From assembly GCA_963762565.1 (NCBI GenBank), contig CAVXLD010000001.1, positions 768,001 through 832,000 of the forward strand: a stretch of 64,000 nucleotides of DNA, written 5' to 3'. Positions 51,059 to 60,504 of this stretch are shown piece after piece; position 1 is the stretch's first letter; the number at the start of each line of letters is the position of its first letter. A program made the translations under genes and the position numbers. The notes below the pieces were generated by a model that worked only from the letters and a program-made list of their open reading frames with translations, made no database searches and had not been told where the DNA came from. Source of the DNA: an uncultured Verrucomicrobiae bacterium (GTDB lineage Bacteria > Verrucomicrobiota > Verrucomicrobiia > Chthoniobacterales > JAFAMB01).

Positions 51059-52573
51059 ATGCGTGAAAAAGCGTCTCGCCAGATTCCCAGAGTCAGGATT
51101 GCTCTGAATATCGGTGTGCAGATTGCGCTCGCCGCGGTAATTGTTTTTCTGCTGAATTACCTGAGTTTTGAGCGGTTTAAACGCTGGGACCTTTCTCACA
51201 ATCGCAAGTATACCCTTTCGCCGCTAACCCGGCGGGTTTTAGGCTCACTAAAAAAGGAACTCAAAATTTATGTTTTCTCGTCGCCACGCGGAGCCAAGTC
51301 CCCTGGGTCGCAGGTGTTCGATGAAACCGAAGCATTGCTCAAAGAATATGAATACGCAGGCGGGCACCGAGTTCGGGTCGAGACGATTGATCCCTACCTG
51401 AGTCTGACGCGGATGCTGGAGCTGCGGGACAAGTACAAATTCGGGCCGAAGGATAGTACCGATAACATGGTCCTCTTGGACTACGACGGAAGACACAAAA
51501 GCATTCCGACCTCAACGATGGCAGACTACGGGGATACCGAAACCCTCCAGTCGGATCAACCCCCAGTCATGAAAGATTTCAGGGGAGAACAGGTTGTTAC
51601 TAGCGCCTTGATTCAGCTAACAGAAGAAAAACAGGCCAAAGTCGGGTTGATCAGCGGCCATGGGGAGCTTCCGGTAACAGATGATGCCGATCTGGGCCGT
51701 TTCCGCAGCGCGCTTGAACATCAGAATATCGCCCTGCAAGAGCTTGGGTTGGAAGGCCTGGACAGGATCCCGTCCGAATTCACTGCCCTGATTTTGGCAG
51801 GACCACAGTACGATTTATCCGATCACGACGCCGCTATCCTGCATCGTTACTGGGAGGAAGGCGGCCGGCTGTTGATCCTCCTGAATGGACGCGCTAGGAC
51901 CCCGATTCTGGACAATTTGCTGAATCAGTTCGGCGTCTCGCCGGCTAGGGATTTGATCGTTTCCAATTTTCAAACGCAGACGGAGGATAGGGTGACCCTT
52001 GACGTCTATACTCGCTTTTTGGGTGGAACGCCTTTTTTGAAACCGCTCGCCGGGGTTATCGGATTCTTTCCGGGTGGCACTCGCTCAATTGAGGCCAACG
52101 AGAGCCGGCTCAAGGAAGACGCCATTCGGGCAACAAAAGCTTTGGCGCCGGCGATCGATTCTTATTGGGGCGAGAAGGATGACTTCCTAGCCAACAATGC
52201 CGACCCCGTTTTCCATCCCGGCGTAGATTTAAAGCCACCGCTGACGGTTGGTTGGGCTCTAGAGAAAGGCGCAGTAGAGGATCAGAGTATTCAGGTACGA
52301 TCTTCTTCAAGGCTGGTGGTAATCGGGAATGCCGATTTCATTCGTGACGAATGCCTGAATCGCTCGGTCCCGGACATAAACTTTCTGTTTCTCAGCATCA
52401 ATTGGCTCTCGGACCGGCAGACATTGCTCGCTATTCCCCCTAAGGAGACGGCTATCTATACGCTGGATTTGAAGCCCGGCCAAATAGACCAGATCGTTCT
52501 GATCGTTGTAGTCGGTATACCGATGTTTGCCGCCATATTCGGCACTCTCGTTTGGGCCGCGCGGCGGCGTTAA
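51059..52573 (+). CDS. ABC auxiliary component (GldG-like)
   Basis: RWDLS..RKYTLS, GHGE, RLVVIGNADF, NWL; N- and C-terminal TM. Confidence 0.88.
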   Translation: MREKASRQIPRVRIALNIGVQIALAAVIVFLLNYLSFERFKRWDLSHNRKYTLSPLTRRVLGSLKKELKIYVFSSPRGAKSPGSQVFDETEALLKEYEYAGGHRVRVETIDPYLSLTRMLELRDKYKFGPKDSTDNMVLLDYDGRHKSIPTSTMADYGDTETLQSDQPPVMKDFRGEQVVTSALIQLTEEKQAKVGLISGHGELPVTDDADLGRFRSALEHQNIALQELGLEGLDRIPSEFTALILAGPQYDLSDHDAAILHRYWEEGGRLLILLNGRARTPILDNLLNQFGVSPARDLIVSNFQTQTEDRVTLDVYTRFLGGTPFLKPLAGVIGFFPGGTRSIEANESRLKEDAIRATKALAPAIDSYWGEKDDFLANNADPVFHPGVDLKPPLTVGWALEKGAVEDQSIQVRSSSRLVVIGNADFIRDECLNRSVPDINFLFLSINWLSDRQTLLAIPPKETAIYTLDLKPGQIDQIVLIVVVGIPMFAAIFGTLVWAARRR

Positions 52574-52576
52574 GCC

Positions 52577-54337
52577 ATGAAGATAAGCACAACGCTGGCT
52601 CTCTTGGTTATCGCCATCGGATTAGCTGTTTTCGTTTGGATCCTCGATCGTCGGAACCCGGGAAACCGAGAAGCACTAGCTAACAAAGCCTACTTAGTCG
52701 ACCTCGATCGAAACGACGTCACCGAACTGGAAATTGAAAACGGGGATACGAAGACTCGGTTAGTAAAAGCAAACGATGGTTGGCGCCTAACAGCGCCGGT
52801 TGCCGATCGGGCGGATGCAAAGGTAATCGACACCCTCCTCTATTCCACCCAATTCTTGAAAAGGGATGATACCCTCGGCAACCTCGGAAAAGGGGAGCAG
52901 AAGCGGACCTATCTAAAACAGTTCGGGGTCCTGCGCTCGCACCTGATTTTACGTTGCATCGGTAAGCAGACACACGTTGAGCTCGAGTTCGGGGGAGAGA
53001 CAGCGGTAGAGGGCTCGTGTTACGTGCGCATTGACTCAAAAGACCCCGTTTTTGTTACGGAAGATGACTTGAAAAACCTGATCTCCAAGCCTCCTGATTT
53101 TTTTCGAGACCACCGGTTGAATCCCTTTCTCGACCCTGAAATCGATCGGATTGTTTTAACCCAGGCTGCGGGGGAGATCGAGCTAACCCGGCAACAGGAC
53201 CAGTGGCAAATCGAGCGACCAATAAAGGCTCGAGCTAGTCAGGTAGCGGTTAGTCGTATGCTCAAGAAAATTAGCGACACACCGGTGCTTCAGTTCCAAA
53301 ACGAAGAAAGCGGCGGAGAAATTGAAACTGAGAATGCTCCAGGCGCGATTACCCTCTTTTCAGGACAATCAAAAGTTAAGATTGCCTGTGGCGCTCCCGT
53401 TTCGAACCAGCCTGGTCACATCTATGTCCGGGTATCAGACCGGCCTTCCACTTTCATCGTGGACGATAGCTTGGCCCAAACCCTGGAACAAAAACCGGAC
53501 GATCTGCGCGATCGTAAAATAGTGCGGCTTAACCCGGATCTAATTGACCGAATTACGATCACTACCAAGGGCCAAACCACTGCTCAATTGGGCCGGCAAG
53601 AGGGGCGCTGGGTGATTACAGACCAAAACAACGCGCCGGCAGATGCCGATGCGGTGGACAGCCTGCTCAACACGCTCAACTCCAACGATGTTAGTCGTTT
53701 CGTATCCGACAGCGCCAGTGACCTCACTAGTTATGGACTGGACACACCCGCGCTGGTATTCGCCTTTAGTTCTTATTCTTCAGAGAACACCGCCGAAGAA
53801 AACGCGGGAGAGACGCGGCTTGCCACGCTAGCTATTGGTCGCCAGGAAGATGAGAATTACTACGCTCGAGTCGAAGAGGAACCCTATATTGTCGCGTTGC
53901 CTAAACGAGTCGTTGATCAACTCCCGACCAATGACTTTAGCTTTAGGTCTCATGAGATCCTCAATATCCCCCGAACTGACCTAGTATCCGTTGACGTCAC
54001 TAAAAACGGGTCAACGGTTACACTAACGCGCAACCCGAAAGGACAATGGATCGTCCAAGGGCAAAACGGTTCTCAGAACGATCTAGCCATCCAGACCTTT
54101 CTGAATACCCTGAGCGGTCTGCAGACTTCGGCATGGGTGTCGGAAAAAAGCCTGCCTGGCGAACCGCCGGTAGAAGCGATCGTTATTCATAGGAAGAGCG
54201 ATCAAAAGGAGATCGTTCTCCACATCGGCGAAAAAGCCGCCCAAGGCGATGAATACGCCACCGTCTCGACACTGCCCGGCACGTTCTTAATCCACGCGTT
54301 AGACTTCCAAAACCTGCAGGATTCGTTGGTGCACTAG
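52577..54337 (+). CDS. DUF4340-type repeated-domain protein
   Basis: About three W..P...AD repeats, YGLD.P; usual position after GldG-like genes. Confidence 0.8.
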   Translation: MKISTTLALLVIAIGLAVFVWILDRRNPGNREALANKAYLVDLDRNDVTELEIENGDTKTRLVKANDGWRLTAPVADRADAKVIDTLLYSTQFLKRDDTLGNLGKGEQKRTYLKQFGVLRSHLILRCIGKQTHVELEFGGETAVEGSCYVRIDSKDPVFVTEDDLKNLISKPPDFFRDHRLNPFLDPEIDRIVLTQAAGEIELTRQQDQWQIERPIKARASQVAVSRMLKKISDTPVLQFQNEESGGEIETENAPGAITLFSGQSKVKIACGAPVSNQPGHIYVRVSDRPSTFIVDDSLAQTLEQKPDDLRDRKIVRLNPDLIDRITITTKGQTTAQLGRQEGRWVITDQNNAPADADAVDSLLNTLNSNDVSRFVSDSASDLTSYGLDTPALVFAFSSYSSENTAEENAGETRLATLAIGRQEDENYYARVEEEPYIVALPKRVVDQLPTNDFSFRSHEILNIPRTDLVSVDVTKNGSTVTLTRNPKGQWIVQGQNGSQNDLAIQTFLNTLSGLQTSAWVSEKSLPGEPPVEAIVIHRKSDQKEIVLHIGEKAAQGDEYATVSTLPGTFLIHALDFQNLQDSLVH

Positions 54338-54417
54338 GTGCAAGACTGGTGGGGCATGCCCATCGCCGGGAGGGATCGTCCGGCAGCCGCCCATGCGCGT
54401 CAAGATAAGGAGTCGAC

Positions 54418-55677
54418 TCATAAAGCTGCGAGTCTTTGAAAGAGGTTGGTTCGATCGGAACGGGAGTCGTAACGGCAAAAGTAAAAGAAATGTTGAAGCC
54501 AGTCTTGGTGAGGGGAAGCGGCGATTAAGGGAAGCAAACGACTCAAATAGGCAGCGATTTTGAGTGGACTGAGAGCGTTTAGTTCAACGCCCCAAGGCTG
54601 AAGGGCAAAAGCGGTCTGCAGCAAGGCAATGGCTAGTAGTTTTGCTAAGAGTTGAATCTGGACCCAGAGTGGATTGCGAGCAGGAAGCTGACCGAGCTGA
54701 AAATGAGATTTCCAACTTTTGAAAAGCACTTCGATTTGCCACCGAGTGCTATAGACTTCCCAGAGTTGCTGAGCACTGAGTTGTTCAGGGGTGACGTTGG
54801 TTAATAGGATGGTCCAACCTAAAAGTTTGAGATAACGTTTGGTGAGCTTTAGCGAGCGATCTTTTTTGGCGTTGGCCCGAGCGCGCCGCCGACGCTGAGC
54901 GGCTAAGGCTGGGGGCAAGCGCAAAGCCACTAAACGCACCGGGAGTCGCTCTTCGGCGCCTAACAGCAGCTCGACACTGAGTTGACAATGGTTTTGGACT
55001 AAAGCCAAAAGCTCGACCGGCTTTTGAGTTTTGGGATCAAAGAAAACAAAATCGCTGCGGCAGCGACTCAAGAAATAGGCTCCGGCCTGGATGATCTGGC
55101 GCCAAACTTTAAAGACGGCGTAGCCCAAGTCGCGAATGACCAAGTCTCCGGGTTGGAGCAAACTTAAAATCAAGCTCGAGGCCTTCTGATCGTTGTCGGT
55201 CAGGGCACCGAGTTGGAAATGAAGCCAGCGTTGAGAACGCAGTTCAAAGACGGCTTGGATTTTGACGCTGGCAAGCTTTGCTTGGTGTTGATTACCACAA
55301 GCCGGAAAACAACTTGCCAGTCTGGGATGGAGGGCTAAAGCGGTGCTGTCCTGGAGCAAAACTCGGCCGAAAGGTTCCAACAGCCGACTGGGGCAAGAGC
55401 GGTGCATAAAATTGGCTAACAAGCTGGCCAAACAAAGTTGCAGAAAACCTAGCAGCCTTCTGTCGCAGCGCTGATGCAGAGCTTGTTTAGAGAACAGTCC
55501 GGCTTGCAAGGCACTTAATTGGGCCGCCCAGCTTTGGAAAGAATAGGCTGGGTAGCACAGACTCAAGAGGATGGATTGAAGGAATGCTTCCAGAGAGAGT
55601 TTTTTAGGGCGACGTAAGACAAAACCAGAGCTTCTAGCCAAGGTTTGCAGAGGCAAATAGGAAAAGCGTTGCAGCAT
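54418..55677 (-). CDS. IS4-family DDE transposase
   Basis: LLQDST, RDLGY, Y..RWQIE..FK (YREK signature); start ATG 55677 or GTG 55710. Confidence 0.93.
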   Translation of the reverse strand: MLQRFSYLPLQTLARSSGFVLRRPKKLSLEAFLQSILLSLCYPAYSFQSWAAQLSALQAGLFSKQALHQRCDRRLLGFLQLCLASLLANFMHRSCPSRLLEPFGRVLLQDSTALALHPRLASCFPACGNQHQAKLASVKIQAVFELRSQRWLHFQLGALTDNDQKASSLILSLLQPGDLVIRDLGYAVFKVWRQIIQAGAYFLSRCRSDFVFFDPKTQKPVELLALVQNHCQLSVELLLGAEERLPVRLVALRLPPALAAQRRRRARANAKKDRSLKLTKRYLKLLGWTILLTNVTPEQLSAQQLWEVYSTRWQIEVLFKSWKSHFQLGQLPARNPLWVQIQLLAKLLAIALLQTAFALQPWGVELNALSPLKIAAYLSRLLPLIAASPHQDWLQHFFYFCRYDSRSDRTNLFQRLAAL

Positions 55678-55765
55678 ATGATATATAGTATAAAAACTAT
55701 ATATTTGCACCGCTTTTTTTCGCTCTCTTTCTTGCTCTTTAGAGCGTTAGACTTCTTTCCTAACC

Positions 55766-55957
55766 ATGGGCTATCCGGTCAAACTCCAAAAAGTCGATCG
55801 TCCCACCAATCGCAGCTTCTATGTCAATTTGCCTGCCGCTCTGGCCGACGCTATTGAACTGGACAAAGGAGAAGAATTAGAGTGGTTCGTCGAAGACAAA
55901 AACACCCTCATCCTGCGTCGAAAGAAACCGACTAAGCCCCTCAAACTCAAGCACTAA
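55766..55957 (+). CDS. AbrB/MazE/SpoVT-like DNA-binding protein inside the IS
   Basis: VKLQKV....SFYVNLP..LA.AIEL.KGEELEW.V....LILR swapped-hairpin pattern. Confidence 0.75.
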   Translation: MGYPVKLQKVDRPTNRSFYVNLPAALADAIELDKGEELEWFVEDKNTLILRRKKPTKPLKLKH

Positions 55958-56212
55958 CTCCTTATCTTGACGCCTATGGGCAGCCGCCAGGCAGCCGCCG
56001 GATCCGACATAGCCTTCCCTCGCGCGTCTTTGCTTCTCGGCGCTGGCGACGTCGGATCCTCGCGATCCTTTGTAACCGAAGCCGCGAACGTGCTGAGTCG
56101 GGAGACGAAAATACAGCCTTCGGTCGTGGCACGCCCTCGCGGCGCGCGGGGACGCGCGCCCTCCCCGATTTGCACCCGGCGACCGCGCGGTTGCGGCCCT
56201 CGCCCTACCAAA

Positions 56213-56905
56213 CTACCTTCGTTCCGCCAAATAAGCCGTCACAATCCCACCGGATAGCGGCCGTGCGATTGCATCCACGAATCCAGCTTGCTCAATCAGC
56301 GCTGTCATCGCGGCTCCCCGAGGGAAACTTTCGATGCTCTCCCCAAGATACTGATAAGCGGCGGGCTCACCCGTTAGCCAACCCGCAAGCCGGGGAAGAA
56401 TGAAGTGCAGATAGAATCGATAGGCCGGTAGCAGAGGTCCTGACGGCAATGAGAAGTCTAGTATGACGATGTGCCCACCTGAACGTGTGGTTCGAGCCAT
56501 TTCAGAAAGGGCGCGTTCCAGGAGAGCCATGTTCCTCAATCCAAACGCAACCGTAATCACGTCGAACGAAGCATCCGCGAAGGGGAGAGCCAATCCATCA
56601 GCTGCGACTAAGTGCTCAACGTTTCGCTTCTGCGCCACTTTGAGCATAGGGATGCAGAAGTCAGCCGCCACCACCAAAGAGCCGTCATTCGTTGTCGCCA
56701 ACTCCTCGGCCAGAACTCCGCTACCCGTCGCTAAGTCGAGGATCCGGGCCGGCTTCCATGCGGCCACCCGCTGACAGACGAATTTCCGCCAACTTCGATC
56801 CAGACCGAAACTGAGGACCTGATTGGCCAAATCGTACCGTGGCGCCACACCGGCAAACATCTCTCGAATCGAACTCGAGTTGGTCGCGGAAAAAGACGAT
56901 GGCAT
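56213..56905 (-). CDS. ubiE: Demethylmenaquinone/ubiquinone C-methyltransferase
   Basis: MF..VAPRYD..N..LSFG, LDLATGSG, FGLRN, AYQYL.ESI..FP. Confidence 0.92.
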   Translation of the reverse strand: MPSSFSATNSSSIREMFAGVAPRYDLANQVLSFGLDRSWRKFVCQRVAAWKPARILDLATGSGVLAEELATTNDGSLVVAADFCIPMLKVAQKRNVEHLVAADGLALPFADASFDVITVAFGLRNMALLERALSEMARTTRSGGHIVILDFSLPSGPLLPAYRFYLHFILPRLAGWLTGEPAAYQYLGESIESFPRGAAMTALIEQAGFVDAIARPLSGGIVTAYLAERR

Positions 56906-56915
56906 TCTGGATTTA

Positions 56916-56997
56916 TGCTCACGAGAGGACTCGAACCTCCACGGGTTTCCCCATACGGTCCTGAGCCGTACGCGTCTGCCAATTCCGCCACGTGAGC
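56916..56997 (-). tRNA. tRNA-Leu(CAG), CCA not encoded
   Basis: GCTCACGTGGCGGAATTGGCAGACGCGTACGGCT-CAG-GACCGTATGGGGAAACCCGTGGAGGTTCGAGTCCTCTCGTGAGCA; all stems pair, long variable arm. Confidence 0.96.
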
Positions 56998-57040
56998 GAG
57001 GATGCGAAAACTAGCTAACAAATTACGGATAGCAAGGACT

Positions 57041-57292
57041 TGGTAGGGCGAGGCTCCGGATTAGCCGAAACGGCGAATGGGCGCACTGGCGAAAGGGCGA
57101 AGAAGTGAGCGATAGGAAGAAAAGGAGCGTTTTCTCGGTTCCAGACCGATTGTCAAAACACCCGTCCGCCAACAATCAGGACGAAAGTGAAAATCTTAGT
57201 AGATAGCAGGCCATCTTCCTCATGCCGAATCCTTCGCCCTTTCGCCGGCGCGCCCATTCGCCGCCTCGCTGATCCGGAGCCTCGCCCTACCA
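57041..57292. repeat. GTAG-headed nested palindrome (REPIN-like)
   Basis: Perfect 21-bp IR 57041-57061 / 57272-57292; inner imperfect 32-bp IR 57071-57102 / 57232-57263. Confidence 0.92.
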
Positions 57293-57295
57293 GGC

Positions 57296-58390
57296 TCAAC
57301 TCAGCCTCATCGGCATCAGCACATAGAGGAAAGCGCCATGGATCTTGATCACCCCGGGACTCATCTCATCGATAAGATCCAAAAACACCTCGTCATTCGG
57401 AAGGTTCCGAAGCGGCGCCATCAGAAATTCGGGATTGAACGCGATCGAGAAATCTTTGCCCTTGTACATAACCGTTAACGACTCTTTCGCCTCGCCGACG
57501 TCAGGAGTGACCGCCACTATATCCATATTCCCTTTGCTGAATATGAGTTTCACCGAGTTCGACTTTTCACTGGCCAGCAACGCAACCCGCCGGACCGCAT
57601 TCAAAAACACCTCTCTCTCCAGCGTGATTCTTTCTTTCGCTTCCGCTGGGATTACTTGCCGATAATTCGGATAGTTGCCTTCTATCAGCTTTGAAACCAG
57701 GAGCGCATCGTTTAGCTCAAAAGCGATCTGGTTCTCGCCGATGCTCACCTTTACATCACCTTCCTCTTTGACCAGCCGCTGCAACTCCAAGACGGCCTTA
57801 GTGGGAACAATGACATCGATTTCCTGGCTCCGAGGAAACTCCAACTCGAGATCGACTAGCGCCAGTCTCCGGCCATCGGTTGCCACCGCGGTGAGTTTAT
57901 TTTCCTTGAACGAAAAGAGGATGCCATTCAGAACGTAGCGCGTTTCGTCGGTGGAAATGGAATAAGAAGTCTTACGAAGCGCATCTTTCAGATCTTTCTG
58001 CGCGATCGAAAATTCCTTTGCATTTTCGAACCTAGCCAGTGGAGGAAATTCCTCTTCTGGTAATCCCAGGATCTTGAAATAGCTCGAGCCGCTCCGGATG
58101 GAGGCGAGATTCTTTGTATCTACCTCGGCGTAGATCTCTGCCGCTGGTAGCTCCCGAACGATCGAGAATAGGCGGCGCGCCGGTAAAGTAGTCGCTCCGG
58201 TTCGTTCCACATTGGCCTCCACCCGTCCTCGGACTCCCACATCCAGATCGGTGGTTGTTAATCTTAACTCACCCTCGACAGCTTGGAGCAGCACATTGGA
58301 CAAGATTGGTAGAGTCGTCCGGGTACTGACCACATTCTGAACGGTAGAGAGACCCTCGAGTAGCTTGTCCTTGCTGACGCTAAATTTCAT
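57296..58390 (-). CDS. dnaN: DNA polymerase III beta clamp
   Basis: LPILSNVLL, DETRYVLNG, ATDGRRL, IEGNYPNY, YVLMPMR. Confidence 0.97.
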   Translation of the reverse strand: MKFSVSKDKLLEGLSTVQNVVSTRTTLPILSNVLLQAVEGELRLTTTDLDVGVRGRVEANVERTGATTLPARRLFSIVRELPAAEIYAEVDTKNLASIRSGSSYFKILGLPEEEFPPLARFENAKEFSIAQKDLKDALRKTSYSISTDETRYVLNGILFSFKENKLTAVATDGRRLALVDLELEFPRSQEIDVIVPTKAVLELQRLVKEEGDVKVSIGENQIAFELNDALLVSKLIEGNYPNYRQVIPAEAKERITLEREVFLNAVRRVALLASEKSNSVKLIFSKGNMDIVAVTPDVGEAKESLTVMYKGKDFSIAFNPEFLMAPLRNLPNDEVFLDLIDEMSPGVIKIHGAFLYVLMPMRLS

Positions 58391-58650
58391 GGTTGAGCTT
58401 AATCAAATCACGCGCGAACTGGCTCCGCAAGTTGTTGGCAATAAGCGTGAGGGACGCAAAGGACCAAGAATGTAAATGCAGAAACCTCCTCGCTGATTAA
58501 AGAAAATCTCTCACAAGGTCAATCTTTCACAAACAAGAAAGGCTTTTGAATACCTATATTGGCGGTGTCGCCGGAGGCGCCGCGATAGCCGCGAAGCGGC
58601 GCTTTCGGCGCTGGTCGCTCTCTACCTGCTTTCGTAGGGCTTCCACCATA

Positions 58651-59024
58651 GGTGTCTGTCGGACTTGCCGCGAAGCGGGTTAAGAACATAGCCCAGGCTT
58701 CAGCCCTGGGTAAGTTACGCAGCGAAACCGCCCTGAAAGTGGCGGCTGAGATGGTGGCGCGTACGAGAATTGTGTGTTTGAGCCAGGCGATCGCACTAAG
58801 AAGTCGAGATAACACACCAAAGCCTGACCAGCCACGTTCGGGCACCACTTTCAGGGCGCGTCTCACCGCACGACAACCCAGGGTTAAAACCCCGACTCCG
58901 CAAGGCCTACGTCGCGGCCAGTTATTTGACTATGCCAACCTCTAGACGAGGGCGCGCCAAAGCGTAGCGACGGCGGCCTGGGCTATTCTGTATAGCCGCT
59001 CCGCGGCAAAATCCGACAGACACC
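58651..59024. repeat. Multi-layer palindromic element in the dnaA-dnaN gap
   Basis: Outer IR 58651-58679 / 58996-59024, ATAGCCCAGG / CCTGGGCTAT, inner CGCCCTGAAAGTGG 58729-58742 / 58845-58858. Confidence 0.85.
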
Positions 59025-59130
59025 GAGGCTATCTTCAACCGCCGCTTCGCGGCTGAACCCCGTTGCTCAGCCGCCCATTCGCCTATTCGCCCATTCGCCG
59101 GCGCGCCCATTCGCTCGATCGCCCCTCCCC

Positions 59131-60504
59131 CTACCTCTCCAGCTGGCTGGTTAACAGAAAAACCAACTGCCGGATTTGGTCCTCCCGGCCCATTCTCTCC
59201 TGCACGGTCTTACAGGCATGCAGAACCGTCCCGTGGTCACGTCCGCCAAAGGCATCGCCGATTTCGTTCAGCGAAGACTTGGTATGCTTGCGGGCAAGGT
59301 ACATCGCGACTTGCCGCGGGAAGGCAATGTTTGCCGGACGCCGCTTACTGGTCATATCGGCAAGTCGAACGTCGAAATGCTCCGCCACCTTTCGCTGGAT
59401 TTGATCGATGGTGATCATCTTCCTGGCTTCTTCCTGCAGGATGTCTTTGAGAAGCTGCTCCACGACTTCTTTCGTCACCGCACGCCCGCTCAAGGACGCG
59501 AACGACGCCACCCGCATAAGAGCTCCTTCCAGGCGACGAACATTAGTTCGCACTCTTTGAGCCAGAAACTCGAACACATCGGGTGCAAGTTGGACTTGAA
59601 GCGACTGCGCCTTCTTCCGCAAGATCGCTAACCGGGTCTCGATATCCGGGGGCTGGAGCTCTGCCGTTAACCCCCACTCAAACCGTGACACTAAACGCTG
59701 TTCCAGATTAGCGATTTCGCTGGCAGGCCGATCACTGGAAAGAACAATCTGCTTTCTGCCGTCGAACAAGGTATTGAACGTATGGAAAAACTCTTCTTGG
59801 GATCGTTCCTTGCCCGCTAAAAAATGGATATCGTCGATCAGCAGAACATCCGCTTGCCGATATCTTTTTCGGAATTTGACCAACGTATTGTGCTGAATCG
59901 CGTCGATGAACTCGTTGGTAAATTTCTCGCTAGACAGATACATCACCTTGAAGCCCTTCTTCCGATCTGCCACCTGCTGACCAATCGCCTGCATCAGGTG
60001 CGTTTTCCCAAGTCCGACACCCCCATATATAAATAAGGGATTGTACGTTTTGGAGGGGGATTGAGCCACCGCCAAAGACGCAGCATGCGCAAACTGGTTG
60101 TTCGACCCAACCACAAACGTATCAAACGTGTTGCGGGGGTTCATCCCAAGAACTGTGGCTGCTTCAGGATCTTTATCGGCCGTCTTGGCACCCTTGGTCT
60201 CGGGTTCGGCCCGTTGTTCCGGTTCCGCCAAAACAGGGCCGACCGCAGGTTCAGCTACGCAAAACTTGATTTCGCGTTCCCCACCAAGCACCTGCATAGT
60301 CGCAGCCTGCAGTAGCTGCAGATAATTACTTTCGATCCAAAGCTGATAGATGGTGTTCGGCACCTGGAATATCAGCTGTTTTTCGTCGGCGTGCGCCAGC
60401 TCGATAGCCGCAAACCATCGCTGAAATGCGTCCGAGCTAACATGAGGGCGAATACCCGCGGCGACTTCTTCCCAGGTCTGTCGAAAGCTTTGTTCTATCG
60501 GCAT
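59131..60504 (-). CDS. dnaA: Chromosomal replication initiator
   Basis: YNPLFIYGGVGLGKTHL, QEEFFHTFN, SRFEWGL, FGGRDHGTV; start uncertain. Confidence 0.97.
   Translation of the reverse strand: MPIEQSFRQTWEEVAAGIRPHVSSDAFQRWFAAIELAHADEKQLIFQVPNTIYQLWIESNYLQLLQAATMQVLGGEREIKFCVAEPAVGPVLAEPEQRAEPETKGAKTADKDPEAATVLGMNPRNTFDTFVVGSNNQFAHAASLAVAQSPSKTYNPLFIYGGVGLGKTHLMQAIGQQVADRKKGFKVMYLSSEKFTNEFIDAIQHNTLVKFRKRYRQADVLLIDDIHFLAGKERSQEEFFHTFNTLFDGRKQIVLSSDRPASEIANLEQRLVSRFEWGLTAELQPPDIETRLAILRKKAQSLQVQLAPDVFEFLAQRVRTNVRRLEGALMRVASFASLSGRAVTKEVVEQLLKDILQEEARKMITIDQIQRKVAEHFDVRLADMTSKRRPANIAFPRQVAMYLARKHTKSSLNEIGDAFGGRDHGTVLHACKTVQERMGREDQIRQLVFLLTSQLER

Larger units (their letters stand above)
54392..55978 (-). 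mobile_element. Complete IS4-family insertion sequence (1587 bp)
   Basis: TIRs CATGCGCGTCAAGATAAGGAGT (54392-54413) / ACTCCTTATCTTGACGCCTATG (55957-55978), 20/22 match; GGCAGCCGCC duplicated at 54382-54391 and 55979-55988. Confidence 0.93.
54368..56176 (+). repeat. Family B element copy 4, split by the IS (54368-54391 plus 55979-56176)
   Basis: GGGAGGGATCG lies left of the IS; TCCGACATAGCC...GGCGACGTCGGATCCTCGCGATCC...GCGCGCCCTCCCC lies right of it. Confidence 0.88.

Noticed and set aside
49332..54337. Gliding-motility system
   Set aside because: GldAFG-like ABC systems with DUF4340 are widespread in non-gliding bacteria, and no other gld/spr genes are present here.
55766..55957. Type II toxin-antitoxin pair
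   Set aside because: No toxin ORF follows; the gene ends at the IS terminal repeat.
54384..55986. Alternative IS boundary with 24-bp TIRs (CCCAT) and a 6-bp duplication CAGCCG
   Set aside because: Formally compatible, but CAT ends with a 10-bp duplication explain more sequence and fit IS4-family norms better.
54392..56997. Genomic island integrated at tRNA-Leu
   Set aside because: There is no integrase and no duplicated tRNA 3' end; ubiE lies between, and the IS has its own TIRs and target duplication.
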